Source of the DNA: Candidatus Latescibacterota bacterium | Lineage (GTDB): Bacteria; Latescibacterota; UBA2968; GCA-2709665 | Direction of reading: 5' to 3' | Assembly: GCA_965208835.1 (NCBI GenBank) | Contig: OZ242358.1 | Location: forward strand, 2,112,001-2,176,000 | DNA: 64,000 nucleotides | In this document: positions 29,766-39,712 of the stretch, one piece after another | Layout: the number at the start of each line of letters is the position of its first letter | How positions within the stretch are numbered: position 1 is the stretch's first letter | Notes under the pieces: generated by a model | Told to the model about the DNA's origin: nothing | Databases searched by the model: none | Seen by the model: the letters and a program-made list of their open reading frames with translations, nothing else | Made by a program: the position numbers and the translations under genes

Positions 29766-29968
29766 TGGGTGGATTCCGTTTCGTCAAGTCCGGTGGGCCC
29801 CGGATCCTCTTACGTCACCTCTCAATCACTCCCGTCCCGTTGCAGGTGCGTCCCCTTGCGGGCGCCCGTCCGGACAACATATCGACCGTGAATCGGAAAG
29901 CAAAGCACGGAATGGGGTGCACCTGTGGCACGACGCGCTGACACACACCGGAAGGGAGGCCGGTCCGG

Positions 29969-30467
29969 ATGTTCGATCGCCCTCTTTGTCTACGGCACCC
30001 TCAAACGCGGGTACTCGAACCACGAGGACTACTGTCGCGGTGTGCTGGCGGTTGAAGAAGCGCTGGTCCGTGGATGCCTCTATATCCGGCCCGATCGGAT
30101 ACCGTTTCTCGAAGTGCCCTATGAGGATATCCTTGCCACAGGAACCGCCGATTCCACGGCCGACGCGGTCACACAGGTACGCTTTGCGCGTGACATCGAG
30201 CCTCGACTATTGACGGAAAGCCCGACCGTTCCGCCTGTGAGCGGCCGTGGCGTCGTGCGGGGGGAATTGCTCGAATTCGATGATCCTGAAACCCGCCTGC
30301 CCGCCATCGACCGCCTGGAAGGCTTCCGCCCCGGCGGTCGAAGCCTTTATCGCCGGGTGCTCGTGTCGGTACGTGCGAAAGAGTCGTTCACAGTCGCCTG
30401 GACTTACGCGGTGGAGACGAGACCTCTCCATTGGCCGGAACTGGGATCTGACTGTTGGACGGGGTGA
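29969..30467 (+). pseudogene. Gamma-glutamylcyclotransferase (AIG2-like) with an apparent 1-nt insertion near the start
   Basis: LFVYGTLKRG, VRGEL, IDRLEG, YRRVLV, AWTY. The RBS-backed ATG at 29969 is out of frame; removing one C at 29980-29982 gives MFDRLFVYGTLKRG. An in-frame GTG at 29925 is the alternative start. Confidence 0.65.
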
Positions 30468-30648
30468 ATATGCTGGTGCTCGCGCAAGATCCGTCGCACG
30501 GCAGCAAGCCCGGCAGTTCATCCACGTCGTTGAGGTGGCTGTGAGATTGACGCCACGTGCGAGCGGACAATGGCACGCAGTTTGCAAAGTTTTTTTACCA
30601 CTGAAAGAGTCGATGTGAGACGAATTCAGAACGATTCTGGATGAGGGG

Positions 30649-30688
30649 TTGATTTTATTTTGACATGTAACTATTAAATGGTTACTTT
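30649..30688 (+). promoter_or_regulatory. Promoter/operator of the RelE-HTH operon
   Basis: TTGATT-17-TATTAA and TTGACA-17-TACTTT overlapping the inverted repeat GTAAC-N9-GTTAC. Confidence 0.55.
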
Positions 30689-30690
30689 GG

Positions 30691-30954
30691 ATGTATCAGA
30701 TCTTGATAAGGAGAAGTGTGCTGCGGCGTATTCATAGGCTGCCAGACTCGGTTCAACGAAAGGCAGCCAACCTGGTCGAGGACCTGCGGGACAACGGGCC
30801 GGTCAGAAACGATTGGCCCAACTATAGCAGGCTTGGACAGGATGAATATCACTGCCACCTCACGCGTGGGTGGGTCGTCTGTTGGAAATACAAGAAGGGC
30901 TCACAGATCATCGAGGTTTACTATGCAGGCAGTCGTGAAAACGCCCCGTATTGA
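30691..30954 (+). CDS. RelE/HigB-like type II toxin
   Basis: 87 aa: RRIHRLPDSVQRK...WPNYSRL...YHCHL...IIEVYYAGSRENAPY; toxin-first order before an XRE HTH. Confidence 0.75.
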   Translation: MYQILIRRSVLRRIHRLPDSVQRKAANLVEDLRDNGPVRNDWPNYSRLGQDEYHCHLTRGWVVCWKYKKGSQIIEVYYAGSRENAPY

Positions 30955-31291
30955 GATTCTCATCAGAGGGGAAATCCCCGACAAGCTGATGTCCGTGCTG
31001 AACGAGGAGTACGGTGAGCAGATTCGGTTTTCCGAAGCCAACACCGACGATCTCGTCGATATATTTGAGACCGATTGGTATGGAAGTATCAAATCAGGAA
31101 TGGCGCCTGGAGACAATCTGAAGACTTACCGGGAGAATCACGGGCTGACGTAGGCGAGGCTGGGTGAGTTGCTCGGCGGTGTTCCTCGACAGCATGTCTC
31201 GAATATGGAGCGGGATGTCCGTTCAATCAGCCTGAAGACCGCGCGAAAGCTGGCACAGATATTTCACGTGTCACCCGAGAAGTTCATTTAG
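30923..31291 (+). pseudogene. XRE/HigA-like HTH antitoxin interrupted by an in-frame TAG at 31151-31153
   Basis: PGDNLKTYRENHGLT*ARLGELLGGVPRQHVSNMERDVRSISLKTARKLAQIFHV; the stop sits at the conserved Gln of the LTQ motif. Confidence 0.8.
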
Positions 31292-31344
31292 AACAATGCG
31301 TGGCGAAGAGAACACTACAGCCGCTTATTTGCGAATAGATAGAC

Positions 31345-32613
31345 ATGCCCCGTCTACGCTTTGTACATGCCGCTGATCTTCATCTCGATAGTCCGTTTGT
31401 CGGGATACATGCGGTCGCACCCGACAACGTGTCGAGCGCGCTGCGGGATGCGACATTCAGGGCATACGAGAATATCATCGACCTGTGCATCCACGAACAC
31501 GTCGACGCGCTGCTGGTCGCGGGCGACGTGTACGACTCGGCCGATCGGAGCCTGCGCGCCCAGCTCAAGTTCGTGGAGGGCTTGAGACGGCTCGACGATG
31601 CTGGGATACGTTCTTTCGTCTGCCACGGCAACCACGATCCGCTCGACGGTTGGGAGGCACGTCTGGACTACCCGACAGGATCTATGCGCTTCCTCGAGGA
31701 GGCACAGGCCGTGCCGATATTTGTAGACGATCCCCATCGCGCGGTTGTTCACGGCATAAGCTATTCCAAACGAGACGTCTACGACAACCTCGCGCAGCGT
31801 CTCGGCAGCGGCGATCCCGAAGCGTTTTCGATCGGCCTGGTGCACGCTAATGCAGGCAGCGACACCTCACATGTGAACTATGCGCCCTGCTCGCTCGACG
31901 ATCTTGAACGATCGGGAATGGACTATTGGGCGCTGGGACACGTGCATGCGAGACAGGTACTCAGTAAACGGTCCCCGACCGTGGTCTATCCGGGCAACCC
32001 CCAGGGAAGACATCCCAACGAATCCGGCGCCCGCGGCGTTTATCTCGTCGAGGTCGACGATGACGGCGACGTCAGTGTTGAATTCAGGTCTATGGATTGC
32101 GTGCGGTGGGAGAGGACCGCAGTGGACATTTCCCGGTTGGACGGAGAGCAGGGCTTGATCGATGGAATCCACCAGAGAATTGATGAGGCTTTGAATGGCG
32201 CAAACGGCGTGTCGGTCGTGCTGAGGATTTCACTGGTCGGAATTGGCAGTCTGCACGGATCGCTGCAGCAGCCGGACCTGTTGGAGCACGTGACGGAGGT
32301 TGTTAACGACGAATGGGCGAAACGTGCCCAATTTGCGTGGTGTGAGCGCATAGTGGACGAGACCGCCGCGCCGTTCAACCGTGATGATCGTATTGTTGGA
32401 TCGGACTTCATGGCCGAGGTGCTCAGGACCGCGGACGGTGCGAAGAAAGACACCGACCTGCTGGCCCGTCTGCAAGATGGTCTTTCAGATCTTTATCAGC
32501 ACCGCCTCTATCGCCAATATCTCTCTGACCACGTACCGTGTGGCGATGAACTTCCCACGTTGATCGATGAGGCTGAGGCAATCCTCGTAAACCGGCTCGG
32601 CGAAGACGCATGA
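31345..32613 (+). CDS. Mre11/SbcD-like metallophosphoesterase (YhaO-like)
   Basis: HAADLHLD, AGDVYD, GNHD, ALGHVH, YPGNPQGR. Confidence 0.92.
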   Translation: MPRLRFVHAADLHLDSPFVGIHAVAPDNVSSALRDATFRAYENIIDLCIHEHVDALLVAGDVYDSADRSLRAQLKFVEGLRRLDDAGIRSFVCHGNHDPLDGWEARLDYPTGSMRFLEEAQAVPIFVDDPHRAVVHGISYSKRDVYDNLAQRLGSGDPEAFSIGLVHANAGSDTSHVNYAPCSLDDLERSGMDYWALGHVHARQVLSKRSPTVVYPGNPQGRHPNESGARGVYLVEVDDDGDVSVEFRSMDCVRWERTAVDISRLDGEQGLIDGIHQRIDEALNGANGVSVVLRISLVGIGSLHGSLQQPDLLEHVTEVVNDEWAKRAQFAWCERIVDETAAPFNRDDRIVGSDFMAEVLRTADGAKKDTDLLARLQDGLSDLYQHRLYRQYLSDHVPCGDELPTLIDEAEAILVNRLGEDA

Positions 32614-35600
32614 GAATCCGCAGACTACGCATTGATGGCTTCGGGCAGTTCGCCGACAGGCAATTCGGGGCACTGGAACGACCCGTGACTGTCTTCTTCG
32701 GGCCGAACGAGGCGGGCAAAAGCACACTGCTGGAGTTTGTCCGACGGATACTCTTCGGATTTCCACGCAAGAGCGGAAGGGTCAACGCTTATCCTGCATT
32801 GGCCGGGGGGAGTTACGGAGGTTACATGACCATAGAAGGTGCGGGCGGTCGTATGTACGACGTGCGCAGAACGACCGGAAGGAGTTACAGCGGAGACGTT
32901 CTCCTGACTTCGACAACAGGAGACACACTGCCCGAATCTGAACTCGCGTTGTTGTTGGGACACCACTCGAGGGAAGTATTCGAGAGGATATTCGCGTTCA
33001 CCCTCGACGACCTCTACAGCGACGACCTTCTGAACGACGCGAACGTCAATGGTCAGATCTACAGCGCGGGCATGGGCGTTACGTCACTTCCGAACGCCGT
33101 GAAGTCCATTGAGTCGTCCCGCATCGGGATCTTTCTCAAGGGTGGGAGCACCCAGAAGATCTACGAGATCTACAACAAGATCGAGGACGTAGACAACAAG
33201 CTGAGGGAAGTCTCCAACAACGCGGCAAGGTACGGTGAACTGACCGACCGGCTTCAGAGGGTCGAGATCGAGCTGGGAGACCTGGCTGCCCAACAGTTGG
33301 AGACTCAATCTCGGTATAACGGTCAAAATACACTACAGAAGGGCTGGGACGCCTGGAATGAGTTGAATTCCGCCGAGGAAGAGTTGGCTGGCATTCCGGT
33401 TGTCGACCCATTTCCCGCGGATGGTGTGAATCGCCTGGAAGCATTACAGGAGCGCGTCAATGCCGCGCGACGGGAGTACGAGTCCGCCGGGCAACGAGCC
33501 ACTGAAGCCGCACGGGCAGCAGACATTCGGGTCGAGCACGAGGCCATTTTGGAGCACTCGTCCGAAGTCCGCTTTCTGCAGAACGGAAGAGGCGCATTCG
33601 ACGGCTCGGTCAAAGACTTGCCGAAACGCAAAGCCGAGTTCGAGAGCCACAGCAGAGATCTGGTTGAAGCCTTGAAGGACCTGGGACCTGATTGGGATGA
33701 AGCCAGGCTGGAGCAGTTCGATCTTTCCATTGCCGTTCGCCAGGAGATATCTGAACTCGGCGACCGATTGCGTCGCGCAACCGAGGAGCAATCGGACTGC
33801 AGGTCAGCTCTTCGTCAGGACAAGGCATCCCTTGAGGAAGCCAATGACGCTGAGAACAAGGCCAATCGAGCATTCGAGGTCGCCAGGATACCAGGCCTGA
33901 ATGCCGACCAGATACGGCAGCGCCGCAACCTGGTGCGCGCCACAAGGTCGAAACTCGATGATCTCAACCGCCAGCGACAGAACGTGCTGAATCTCGAGAG
34001 CCAACTCGAGTCTCTCAGAGGCAGCGCGTCTCATACCGGTGGTTCGGGCAGGAGCACCGTTGTCGCAGCAATCAGCGTTGTCATTGGGATTGGACTCCTG
34101 ATCGCCGGTGGGCTGCTCGGTGGAACGCCATTAACCATAGGCGTCGTTGGCGGCATCGCGCTCGCAGTTGTGGGCGTGTATCTGTTCATGTCTGCCGGGA
34201 TCCGCCATCCGGGCGCAGGCGAATCACCGCTCGCCCGACCTGTTCGCGAGTCACTGCGCCGCGCCGAATTGAACATAGAGGATCTCCAGTCAAAGATGCT
34301 GGAGGATGCAGCGCCCCTTCACCTCGAAGTGATCGATGAAGCGTCGCTCCTGGCGGCCGAACAGTCGATCGACGAAGAGGAAGACCTATTTCAGGAACAA
34401 ACTCATCTCTCCGAGACTCTCGAGGCTGCAAAGGAAATCGCAAAACAGCGGCAGATCCGCACTGACAAATCCGCCGCTGACGTCGAGGATGCTGAAGGTC
34501 GCCTCGAAGTGGCGCAGCGTGGATGGCAGGAATGGCTGATGGCGCGTGGTCTGTCCGAAGCCTTCACGCCCGAGACGGCCGATGTGCTCCAGAGCCAGGT
34601 CGAACTCGGTCGAAGCAGGCAGGATGACGTGCGAAGCTGGCAGCAGCGCATCAGGGCGATTCGGAAAGACATCGACGAATACGTTGAGGTAGTTGAACCG
34701 CTTGCCACTGCATTCGACGTCACGTTCGACCGCAGTGATTATCGCACGATTGCAGCCGCGGCCGACAGGCTCGTCGAGTTGATGGAGGAAGTCCGGGAAG
34801 ACATAAGAAATCAGACCGACGCGAAACTCAATCTGGAGAATGCCCGGCGCCACCAGGACGAGCGATGCAGCGACCTGAAGAACGCGGAAGATGAGCTGGG
34901 TCAGCTGCTGCAATCCGGCGGCGCAGAGGACGCCGAAGCGTTCCGCGTGCGCGCAGGTTTTGCCGAAAGGCGAACGGAACTCAAAGACAAGGCCCGCGAT
35001 GCACTTCATCGGCTTCAACGCCTCAGCGGACCGGGCGAACCGCTGGAAATGCTGAAATCGGACCTTGGCAGCACGAACCCTCAGGCAATCGCCGACGAGA
35101 TGGCAAGGCTGGAGGAAGAACGGACGACTGCCAACGCCCAGCGTGAGGCGTTGTCGACCCAACGAGGTTCCATTCAGACCGAACTGGCAGGGCTGGTCGG
35201 CGAGGAGGAGTCGTCTCGCCTAAGGATGGAAAAGAATGTCCTGCTGGAACAGTTCCAGGGCCACGCGCGCGACTGGACCCGGCTTACGATTGCCCGGAAC
35301 CTGCTGGAAGAATCCCGTCGAAAGTTCGAGCGTGAGCGGCAGCCCGGAGTAATCCGGCATGCTGAGAGATTTTTCACTTCGATCACCGATGGACGGTACC
35401 GCCAGGTCTATGCGCCGCTCGGTGAACAGACGATCACGGTGACGGACGCCGACGGGCGGACGAAGCAGCCTTCGGAACTCAGCCGGGGCACACGGGAGCA
35501 GCTGTTCCTTTCGCTCCGTTTCGGGCTGATCCGGGAACTGGGGGAGCGAACGGAGCCGCTGCCGGTCGTGGTGGACGAGGTCCTAGTCAACTTCGATCCG

Positions 35601-35753
35601 GACCGCGGGTTTCGCGCCGCCGTCGCCTTCACGGAGCTGTCCAAAGCCAACCAGGTACTGGTTTTTACCTGCCATCCGACGGTTGTCGAACTGTTCCGGA
35701 ACGCGGCAACCGAGTTGGAGGTGGAAAAGCCTGAGGTAGTACAGATCACGTGA
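32610..35753 (+). CDS. YhaN/SbcE-like Rad50-type ATPase with central TM hairpin
   Basis: Walker A GPNEAGKST, long coiled coil, two hydrophobic helices mid-protein, signature LSRGT, Walker B VVVDEVLVNFD, FTCH; ATGA overlap. Confidence 0.9.
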   Translation: MRIRRLRIDGFGQFADRQFGALERPVTVFFGPNEAGKSTLLEFVRRILFGFPRKSGRVNAYPALAGGSYGGYMTIEGAGGRMYDVRRTTGRSYSGDVLLTSTTGDTLPESELALLLGHHSREVFERIFAFTLDDLYSDDLLNDANVNGQIYSAGMGVTSLPNAVKSIESSRIGIFLKGGSTQKIYEIYNKIEDVDNKLREVSNNAARYGELTDRLQRVEIELGDLAAQQLETQSRYNGQNTLQKGWDAWNELNSAEEELAGIPVVDPFPADGVNRLEALQERVNAARREYESAGQRATEAARAADIRVEHEAILEHSSEVRFLQNGRGAFDGSVKDLPKRKAEFESHSRDLVEALKDLGPDWDEARLEQFDLSIAVRQEISELGDRLRRATEEQSDCRSALRQDKASLEEANDAENKANRAFEVARIPGLNADQIRQRRNLVRATRSKLDDLNRQRQNVLNLESQLESLRGSASHTGGSGRSTVVAAISVVIGIGLLIAGGLLGGTPLTIGVVGGIALAVVGVYLFMSAGIRHPGAGESPLARPVRESLRRAELNIEDLQSKMLEDAAPLHLEVIDEASLLAAEQSIDEEEDLFQEQTHLSETLEAAKEIAKQRQIRTDKSAADVEDAEGRLEVAQRGWQEWLMARGLSEAFTPETADVLQSQVELGRSRQDDVRSWQQRIRAIRKDIDEYVEVVEPLATAFDVTFDRSDYRTIAAAADRLVELMEEVREDIRNQTDAKLNLENARRHQDERCSDLKNAEDELGQLLQSGGAEDAEAFRVRAGFAERRTELKDKARDALHRLQRLSGPGEPLEMLKSDLGSTNPQAIADEMARLEEERTTANAQREALSTQRGSIQTELAGLVGEEESSRLRMEKNVLLEQFQGHARDWTRLTIARNLLEESRRKFERERQPGVIRHAERFFTSITDGRYRQVYAPLGEQTITVTDADGRTKQPSELSRGTREQLFLSLRFGLIRELGERTEPLPVVVDEVLVNFDPDRGFRAAVAFTELSKANQVLVFTCHPTVVELFRNAATELEVEKPEVVQIT

Positions 35754-35771
35754 GTCGCCGGATTCCGTCTC

Positions 35772-37589
35772 CTACCCTTCATACCATCCCGCCTGCAGTT
35801 TCCACATCCGCGAGTATTCTCCACCGCGGGCGACCAGTTCCTCGTGGGACCCTTCTTCCACGAGCCGCCCTTCCTTGAGTACGAGAATCCGGTCGCACAT
35901 CCGGGCCGAGCCCAGCCGATGGGAGACCACAATCGTGGTGCGGCCGCCGGCCATGGCGAGGAAGCGCCGGAATACGTCGGCCTCGGCCTTCGGGTCGAGG
36001 GAGGCGGTCGGCTCGTCGAGGACGACGAGGTCGGCGTCCCGCATGAATCCCCTGGAAATCGCGACCCGCTGCCACTCACCGCCTGAGAGTTCCGTTGCGC
36101 CTTCGAACTCCCTGCCAAGAGGCGTTTCATATCCCTTCGGTAGCCGGTTGGCGACGGCGTCCGCCCCGCCCCGGCGCGCCGCACGCTCGATTTCGCCGGG
36201 CTCCTGCATCCGCTCCCAGCGGCCGAAACCGATGTTTTCACCCAGGGTGAAAGCGAAGCGGGTGTAGTCCTGAAAGACCGCGGTGGACCGGTTCCAGAGC
36301 CGGTCCCGGTTCGCCCGGTTCGCGGGGAGGTCGCCGTAATCCAGTTCGCCTGCGGTGGGCTGGAACAGGCCCAGCAGCAGCTTGACAAGAGTCGTTTTGC
36401 CGGAGCCGTTTGCGCCGACCAGGGCGACACGCTCTCCGGACCGGATGGTCAGGTCGACCTCAGTAAGCGCATCGCGCTTTGCCTGAGGATAGCGGAAGGT
36501 CAGGGATCGAGCTGCGATTGACCGTCTCTTGAGCGATGAAATGGCGGCTGTGCCCGGGCGTTCTTCGGGTCCAAGGTCCAGATAGATGAACAGATCGGCG
36601 ATGTTCAGCAGCCGGATGCCGAGATAGCCGATCCGGGCGATAATCCGGTCGACGCTATCGCGAACTTGCCGCAGAGCGACCATCATGGCCGCGAACTGCC
36701 CGGCTGAAAGGCCGCCCTCGAGGACCGCCCACGCCGACCAGCCGACGCCGGCGGTCAGCGTCGCGAGGCTGAGGACCGAAAGCGACCCTCGGAGCACCCA
36801 GTTCCTTCGCAGTTGTCGGTAAAGAGCATCGGCGACTCGCCAGTAGAGGAACTCCCACCAACGGATCAGGGCGGGTCCAAGGCCGAACACCCTCACTTCT
36901 TTGGCGGCGTCCCGTTCCGTCAGCGTAGTTTCCAGATATCCCCGCAGTCGCTGTGCCTGCGTCGCTCTTCGAAACGTGTAAAACCTGCCCCGGTCGTGAA
37001 CGATACTCATCAGGGGCGGCGGCAGCGAGACCAGCACCACGGCAAGGAGGAGTAACGGGTTCCAGAATCCAACAACGACAGCAACCGAGATCGCCGTCAC
37101 CGTGCCGGCAAATATGGATCTGATCTCGCCGAACAGGTTCAGAAAGAATCCGGGCGTGGCGGCTTCCTGGGCGCGTCGCAGGAGGTCGTGGAAGTCGGCC
37201 CTCTCGAAGGCCTCCAGGTGAAGCGAACGGGACTTGACCTGGAGCTGCTCGAGTAGCCGGTCCTCCAGTTCCTGCTTCACCCGCTCGAGCAGGATCAGCC
37301 GGCTCCAGGCCAGAATACCGTTTTCCGCGAGGCTGAAGGCCGCCCACAGGGCGAGCCAGGGGAGCATGGAATCGACCGGCAGTTCTCCTTCATACACGCC
37401 GACGCCGCGATCGACGAGTTCGCGCATAACCCAGACCGTCGCGGCCGGTATCACACCTACAGTAAACTCCAATATAAGCGCGCCGATAGTCCGCTGCGGA
37501 TCGATTCGGATCATCCAGCCCAGGAAGCGGAACAGAGTCCGGGGCCCTCGGGGGCGCTTCAGAATGGGATCGGGTTCTACCGGTACCAC
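35772..37589 (-). CDS. ABC exporter, fused permease/ATPase
   Basis: GANGSGKTT, LSGGEWQR, LDEPT, SHRL; probable GTG start at 37589 overlapping the upstream stop. Confidence 0.9.
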   Translation of the reverse strand: MVPVEPDPILKRPRGPRTLFRFLGWMIRIDPQRTIGALILEFTVGVIPAATVWVMRELVDRGVGVYEGELPVDSMLPWLALWAAFSLAENGILAWSRLILLERVKQELEDRLLEQLQVKSRSLHLEAFERADFHDLLRRAQEAATPGFFLNLFGEIRSIFAGTVTAISVAVVVGFWNPLLLLAVVLVSLPPPLMSIVHDRGRFYTFRRATQAQRLRGYLETTLTERDAAKEVRVFGLGPALIRWWEFLYWRVADALYRQLRRNWVLRGSLSVLSLATLTAGVGWSAWAVLEGGLSAGQFAAMMVALRQVRDSVDRIIARIGYLGIRLLNIADLFIYLDLGPEERPGTAAISSLKRRSIAARSLTFRYPQAKRDALTEVDLTIRSGERVALVGANGSGKTTLVKLLLGLFQPTAGELDYGDLPANRANRDRLWNRSTAVFQDYTRFAFTLGENIGFGRWERMQEPGEIERAARRGGADAVANRLPKGYETPLGREFEGATELSGGEWQRVAISRGFMRDADLVVLDEPTASLDPKAEADVFRRFLAMAGGRTTIVVSHRLGSARMCDRILVLKEGRLVEEGSHEELVARGGEYSRMWKLQAGWYEG

Positions 37590-39493
37590 GATGCCTGATC
37601 CTCCCACATGCCGGCGTAGACGCCCCCATATGCCAGGAGGTCGTCGTGACATCCGTCTTCGACGATGCGGCCCTGCCGTAGCACGAGGATGCGATCGGCC
37701 ATGCGTGCTGAGCCGAGCCGGTGGCTGATCAGCAGGGCGGTTTGCCCCTCGAGTAACTCGGCGAACTGACGGTAGAGCGCTGCCTCCGCTACGGCGTCGA
37801 GGGCAGCGGCGGGCTCGTCGAGGATGAGCAATTCCGCATCGCGGGTGAAGGCGCGGGCGATGGCGATACGCTGCCATTCGCCGCCGGAGAGACCCCGCCC
37901 GCCGTCGAGGACGTGCCCGACAGGGGCGTCGTAACCTTTGGCAAGGTGTTCCGCGAGTTCGTCGCCGCCGGCGCGCCGGGCAGCCTCCCTGACCACAGTC
38001 ATGTCGGGCTGCAGCCATGAGGGCCACAGTTCGGCGGCCTGTCCGCCTGCCGATCTGCCCAATGTGCCGATGCCGATGGATTGACCGAGCGTGAGTTCGA
38101 ACCGGCAGTAGTCCTGGAATGCGGCACTCACGGCGCCTGTCAGGCTATCCGGATCGATCTCGGCGTAGTCCAGACCGTCTGCCGTCACGCGCCCCCCGGT
38201 GGGTCGGTACAGTCCCAACAGAATCTTGGCCACGGTGGACTTTCCGGCGCCGTTGTCGCCCACGAGGGCAACCCGTTCGCCCGGCGCCAGGCAGAAGGTG
38301 ACACCGTTCAGCACGGACGCGACCTCTTCGCCCGAAGTGGATGCCGGGTAGGCGAATCGTATGCCTTCCACGAAAAAGCCCTTTCGCAGGGGGCGAGGAA
38401 AGGAAGCTCCCCGCGAATCACTGGCTGCCACGTCGTGCGCCTCCGTTTCAACCTGATTCCGATCCCGTTGTTCGAAGAATTCCCGCACGTAACCGACCTG
38501 GGTGGAGCGCTCCTGCAACTCCCGTGAGTTGTAGCCGAGACTGGCGCCCGCGGCCAGCATGTCTGCCACACCCTGGAACAGCGCCACGAATTGTCCCGGC
38601 GTGATTACCCGGTCTCCAAGGAGGTACGCGAGGACGACGGCCACGGTGGCCGCCACAGCAATTCGTAACCCGGATGCGGGCAACTCCTTCGCGACCTGTC
38701 GCTGTCGCTGCCCCAGCAGTCGTTCACGCAACACCTGTCGCATCCTCCGCCAGCGCCCGGTCAACGGCGGGTGCAGGCCGAAGAGCCGCATTTCCTTCTG
38801 CTCTGTCCTGCCGGTCAGGATGCGGTCCACGTACCTGGCCCGGCGTTCCTCCGGCGTCTCCCCGTAGGTGAAGGACATGAACATCCGGCTCTGCTGTATC
38901 GCCAGGCGGATCTGCGGCATCAGCACCGCCACCAGGGCCAGAGAGATCCACGGAGAAACCGTAAAGAACATGGCGGCCACCGAAACGGCCTTGATAGCGG
39001 CCTGGAAAAAATGCAGGGCGGCGAAGAACAGCCGGTCGAGTTTGCGGCCCGGGTCCCGGGCTCGCTCGAGGCGGTCGTAGGTCCCGCTGACGTCGAAATA
39101 CAAAAGAGAAAGGCGGGACGAACATTCGAGCAGTCGTCTGCCCAGGACGTGTGCCAGGTTCTGTTCCATCCGGAGATGAAGGACATCCCGCACGTTCCAG
39201 AGCACTTCTCTGGTGAGCAGCAGGATCAGGCCGAATGCAATCAGCCAGGGCAGGATATCGTCAAACCCGGACGGGCCGCCGCCGGCCGCATCGACCACGG
39301 CGTCGACCAGATGCCTGGTCACGTGGATGAGCAGGGCCGGCTGGATTCCAAGCAGAATGTGTATGAGAATCAGCCAGAGCGCGGCCGGTCCGGCGTGGGC
39401 ACGGATGTGACTCCAGGTCCAGCGCAGGTTGGCGAAAATCGCGCCTGCATTCTCGCGGCGGTTCCAGTATTCGAGGTCAGATCTTGGCGGCAT
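37577..39493 (-). CDS. ABC exporter, fused permease/ATPase (likely heterodimer partner)
   Basis: GDNGAGKST, LSGGEWQR, LDEPA, SHRL; N-terminal TM domain. Confidence 0.9.
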   Translation of the reverse strand: MPPRSDLEYWNRRENAGAIFANLRWTWSHIRAHAGPAALWLILIHILLGIQPALLIHVTRHLVDAVVDAAGGGPSGFDDILPWLIAFGLILLLTREVLWNVRDVLHLRMEQNLAHVLGRRLLECSSRLSLLYFDVSGTYDRLERARDPGRKLDRLFFAALHFFQAAIKAVSVAAMFFTVSPWISLALVAVLMPQIRLAIQQSRMFMSFTYGETPEERRARYVDRILTGRTEQKEMRLFGLHPPLTGRWRRMRQVLRERLLGQRQRQVAKELPASGLRIAVAATVAVVLAYLLGDRVITPGQFVALFQGVADMLAAGASLGYNSRELQERSTQVGYVREFFEQRDRNQVETEAHDVAASDSRGASFPRPLRKGFFVEGIRFAYPASTSGEEVASVLNGVTFCLAPGERVALVGDNGAGKSTVAKILLGLYRPTGGRVTADGLDYAEIDPDSLTGAVSAAFQDYCRFELTLGQSIGIGTLGRSAGGQAAELWPSWLQPDMTVVREAARRAGGDELAEHLAKGYDAPVGHVLDGGRGLSGGEWQRIAIARAFTRDAELLILDEPAAALDAVAEAALYRQFAELLEGQTALLISHRLGSARMADRILVLRQGRIVEDGCHDDLLAYGGVYAGMWEDQASWYR

Positions 39494-39625
39494 CAGAGGC
39501 TCCCTGCAGGCGTTCGTCTATCGCGCAAATTCATCCGGCGGCAAGCCAGTCAAAGATAACTCACGCATCGCACGTATTCAATGGAAAACTACACTTAAGT
39601 GAATGTTTATAAATTATTTAAATAC

Positions 39626-39654
39626 TTGACTTCCGGGTCGTATTTTGTTATATT
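39626..39654 (+). promoter_or_regulatory. Near-consensus sigma70 promoter
   Basis: TTGACT-17 bp-TATATT with extended TGn and an AT-rich upstream tract, in a GC-rich genome. Confidence 0.7.
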
Positions 39655-39670
39655 ATTTACGTGGGAATTC

Positions 39671-39712
39671 AAAGAGGGAGTTGAAGGCGGATGCCTTCAA
39701 CTCCCTCTTTTT
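39671..39712. terminator. Perfect 18-bp hairpin with U-tract
   Basis: AAAGAGGGAGTTGAAGGC-GGAT-GCCTTCAACTCCCTCTTT-TT. Confidence 0.8.

Noticed and set aside
31151-31153. TAG read-through as pyrrolysine or genome-wide TAG=Gln recoding
   Set aside because: The position is a structural Gln reachable by one C-to-T change, and core genes (nadD, zapA, purM) terminate normally at TAG.
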